Positions 33,675 to 35,271 of a stretch of DNA of 35,271 bases are shown one piece after another. Position numbers and translations under genes: made by a program. Where the stretch lies: positions 1-35,271 of the forward strand of contig CAMOUE010000001.1 in assembly GCA_946626265.1 (NCBI GenBank), written 5' to 3'. Below the pieces are notes generated by a model that was not told the DNA's origin, ran no database searches, and worked only from the letters and a program-made list of their open reading frames with translations. This DNA is from an uncultured Eggerthellaceae bacterium. Its GTDB lineage: Bacteria; Actinomycetota; Coriobacteriia; Coriobacteriales; Eggerthellaceae. The number at the start of each line of letters is the position of its first letter. The stretch's first letter is position 1.

Positions 33675-35271
33675 ATGGAACTGATGTCAGGAAACGAGGC
33701 GATCGCGCGCGGGGCGTGGGAAGCAGGCGCGACAATCGGCGTCGCATATCCGGGAACGCCCTCGACCGAGACCATGGAATCTTTCGCCCGCTACGATGGC
33801 GTGTACGCCGAGTGGTGCACGAACGAGAAGGTCGCAGTCGAGGTCGGCGTCGGCGCCTCCGCGGCAGGAGCGCGCGTGCTCGCCACGATGAAGCACGTAG
33901 GCGTGAACGTGGCAGCCGACCCGCTGTTCACGGCCGCATACACGGGCGTGAAAGGCGGGTTCGTCATACTGGCCGCCGACGATCCGGGGATGTATTCGTC
34001 GCAGAACGAGCAGGACTCGCATTTCTACGCGCGCGCAGCCCACATACCCGTCCTCGACCCATCGGATTCGAGCGAGGCCCTCGTTTTCGCGCGGGACGCA
34101 TATGCCCTGTCCGAAAAGTTCGACGTCCCGTTCATGATCAGGTCGACGGTGCGCGTATCGCACACGAAGACGCCCGTCGAGGTCGGCGAGCGCGTCGAGC
34201 ATGTCATAGGCGACTACGAGAAGGACGCTGCGAAGTGGGTCATGATGCCCGCGTTCGCGAAGCCCCGCCGCAAGGTGCAGCTCGACCGTATCGAGGCGCT
34301 CGAGAACTGGGTGGAGGATTGCCCGTACAACAGAGTCGAGGAGAAGGGCTGCGAGGTTGGCGTCGTATGCGCAGGTGCCGTGTACCAGCACGTCGTGAAC
34401 GCGCTGCCCGATGCATCGGTGTTCAAGCTCGGCGTGACCTGGCCGTTGCCGAAACAGGCGCTCGCTGATTTCGCCGCCTCGGTCGAGTCGCTCTACGTCA
34501 TCGAGGAAGGCTCGGATTACCTTCTCGAGCAAGTCCGGGCCTGCGGCATCTCCGTCTCGGATTTCCCATGCGCATTGCCGAAGGACGGCGAGCTCAGCCC
34601 CGGCCTCATACGAATCGCCTTCGGGTTCGGGGAGCCCGAGCACGCACAAGTGCCCGAGGACGTGCCCGGCAGGCCTCCCGCCCTTTGCGCCGGATGCCCG
34701 CATCGCCTCGTCTTCAAGGAGCTCTCGCGCATCCGCGCGATCGTGACCGGCGACATCGGGTGCTACACGCTCGGGGCGCTTCCGCCGCTTGCCGCCATGG
34801 ACACGTGCGTCGACATGGGCGCTTCGGTCTCGATGTCCCACGGGTTCGAACTCGCGCTCGCGGGTACCGAGCACAGGCCGGTCGTGGCCGTCATCGGCGA
34901 TTCGACCTTCGGCCATTCGGGCTTGTCTTCACTCATCTCGACCGTGTACAACAAGGGTGCGGGCACGGTCTGCATCCTCGACAACCGCACGACGGCCATG
35001 ACGGGAAGGCAGGGCAATCCGTTCAACGGCGTTACCTTGCAGAATCGCGAAAGCCGCGAGCTCGACCTCGTAGGCGTCCTGAACGCGCTCGGCATCGAGT
35101 CGGTGTCGGTCGTCGACCCCCACGATGCGAAGGCCGTCCGAAACGCGTTGAAGGTCGCCACGAAGGACGAGGCGGACGATCTGAGCGTCATCGTCTTCAA
35201 GGCGCCGTGCGTGTTGTTGCACAGGACGCGCAAGGCCCCCTATTTCGTCAACGGGGAGTGTCGTTCATGCG
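33675..35271 (+). CDS. iorA: Indolepyruvate:ferredoxin oxidoreductase alpha subunit, 3'-truncated by the window end
   Basis: Not in the ORF track because no stop is reached. My translation reads MELMSGNEAIARGAWEAGATIGVAYPGTPSTE...GMYSSQNEQDSHFYA...GDIGCYTLG...GDSTFGHSG...NGECRSC. These are the TPP-binding motifs and the beginning of the ferredoxin-type Cys cluster. Confidence 0.85.
   Translation, partial: MELMSGNEAIARGAWEAGATIGVAYPGTPSTETMESFARYDGVYAEWCTNEKVAVEVGVGASAAGARVLATMKHVGVNVAADPLFTAAYTGVKGGFVILAADDPGMYSSQNEQDSHFYARAAHIPVLDPSDSSEALVFARDAYALSEKFDVPFMIRSTVRVSHTKTPVEVGERVEHVIGDYEKDAAKWVMMPAFAKPRRKVQLDRIEALENWVEDCPYNRVEEKGCEVGVVCAGAVYQHVVNALPDASVFKLGVTWPLPKQALADFAASVESLYVIEEGSDYLLEQVRACGISVSDFPCALPKDGELSPGLIRIAFGFGEPEHAQVPEDVPGRPPALCAGCPHRLVFKELSRIRAIVTGDIGCYTLGALPPLAAMDTCVDMGASVSMSHGFELALAGTEHRPVVAVIGDSTFGHSGLSSLISTVYNKGAGTVCILDNRTTAMTGRQGNPFNGVTLQNRESRELDLVGVLNALGIESVSVVDPHDAKAVRNALKVATKDEADDLSVIVFKAPCVLLHRTRKAPYFVNGECRSC

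Noticed and set aside
1-35271. Search for tRNA or rRNA genes, CRISPR repeats, IS or transposase or integrase genes, prophage genes or toxin-antitoxin pairs.
   Set aside because: No regularly spaced direct repeats, no T-loop/acceptor-stem arrangement in any spacer (GGTTCGAA at about 34843 is inside iorA), and no recombinase-like ORFs. The only repeats are in-frame coding repeats and short regulatory palindromes.

Overview
High-GC bacterial chromosomal segment. All ~32 supported protein genes lie on the + strand, mostly tightly packed or overlapping. The order is dnaJ'-mtaB-phoH-ybeY-dgkA-era-[Zn-ribbon/PASTA]-recO, then rpsO-pnp, then dapB-dapA-rnj-ftsK-[RodZ-like]-yajQ-rimO-pgsA::cinA-recA-recX-rny-[GHKL ATPase]-spoVS-miaB-miaA. 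It ends with [CDP-alcohol transferase]-[VanW/G5]-[DD-carboxypeptidase]-[Zn-ribbon/FHA]-iorA'. This is the conserved actinobacterial housekeeping backbone plus Firmicute-like anaerobe genes (rny, spoVS, iorA). I infer a Coriobacteriia-type actinobacterium, without a database check. I saw no rRNA, tRNA, CRISPR array, transposase, integrase or recognisable defence or toxin-antitoxin genes. The many long minus-strand ORFs in the track look like high-GC antisense artefacts. The best candidate for something undescribed is the rny-coupled module at 24397-25975. It holds a short MutL-flavoured GHKL ATPase with a C-terminal HTH-like segment, translationally coupled to RNase Y. A SpoVS homologue follows, driven by its own promoter with a palindromic operator flanked by direct repeats. 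Other items worth a look: a kinase-less Zn-ribbon/PASTA protein between era and recO; a GarA-like Zn-ribbon/FHA protein just upstream of iorA; an in-frame PgsA-CinA fusion; Tyr/Gly/Asp-rich extracytoplasmic tails on two envelope proteins; and a perfect AT-rich hairpin in the pnp leader. All functional calls come from motifs read by eye in the supplied translations. No searches were run.
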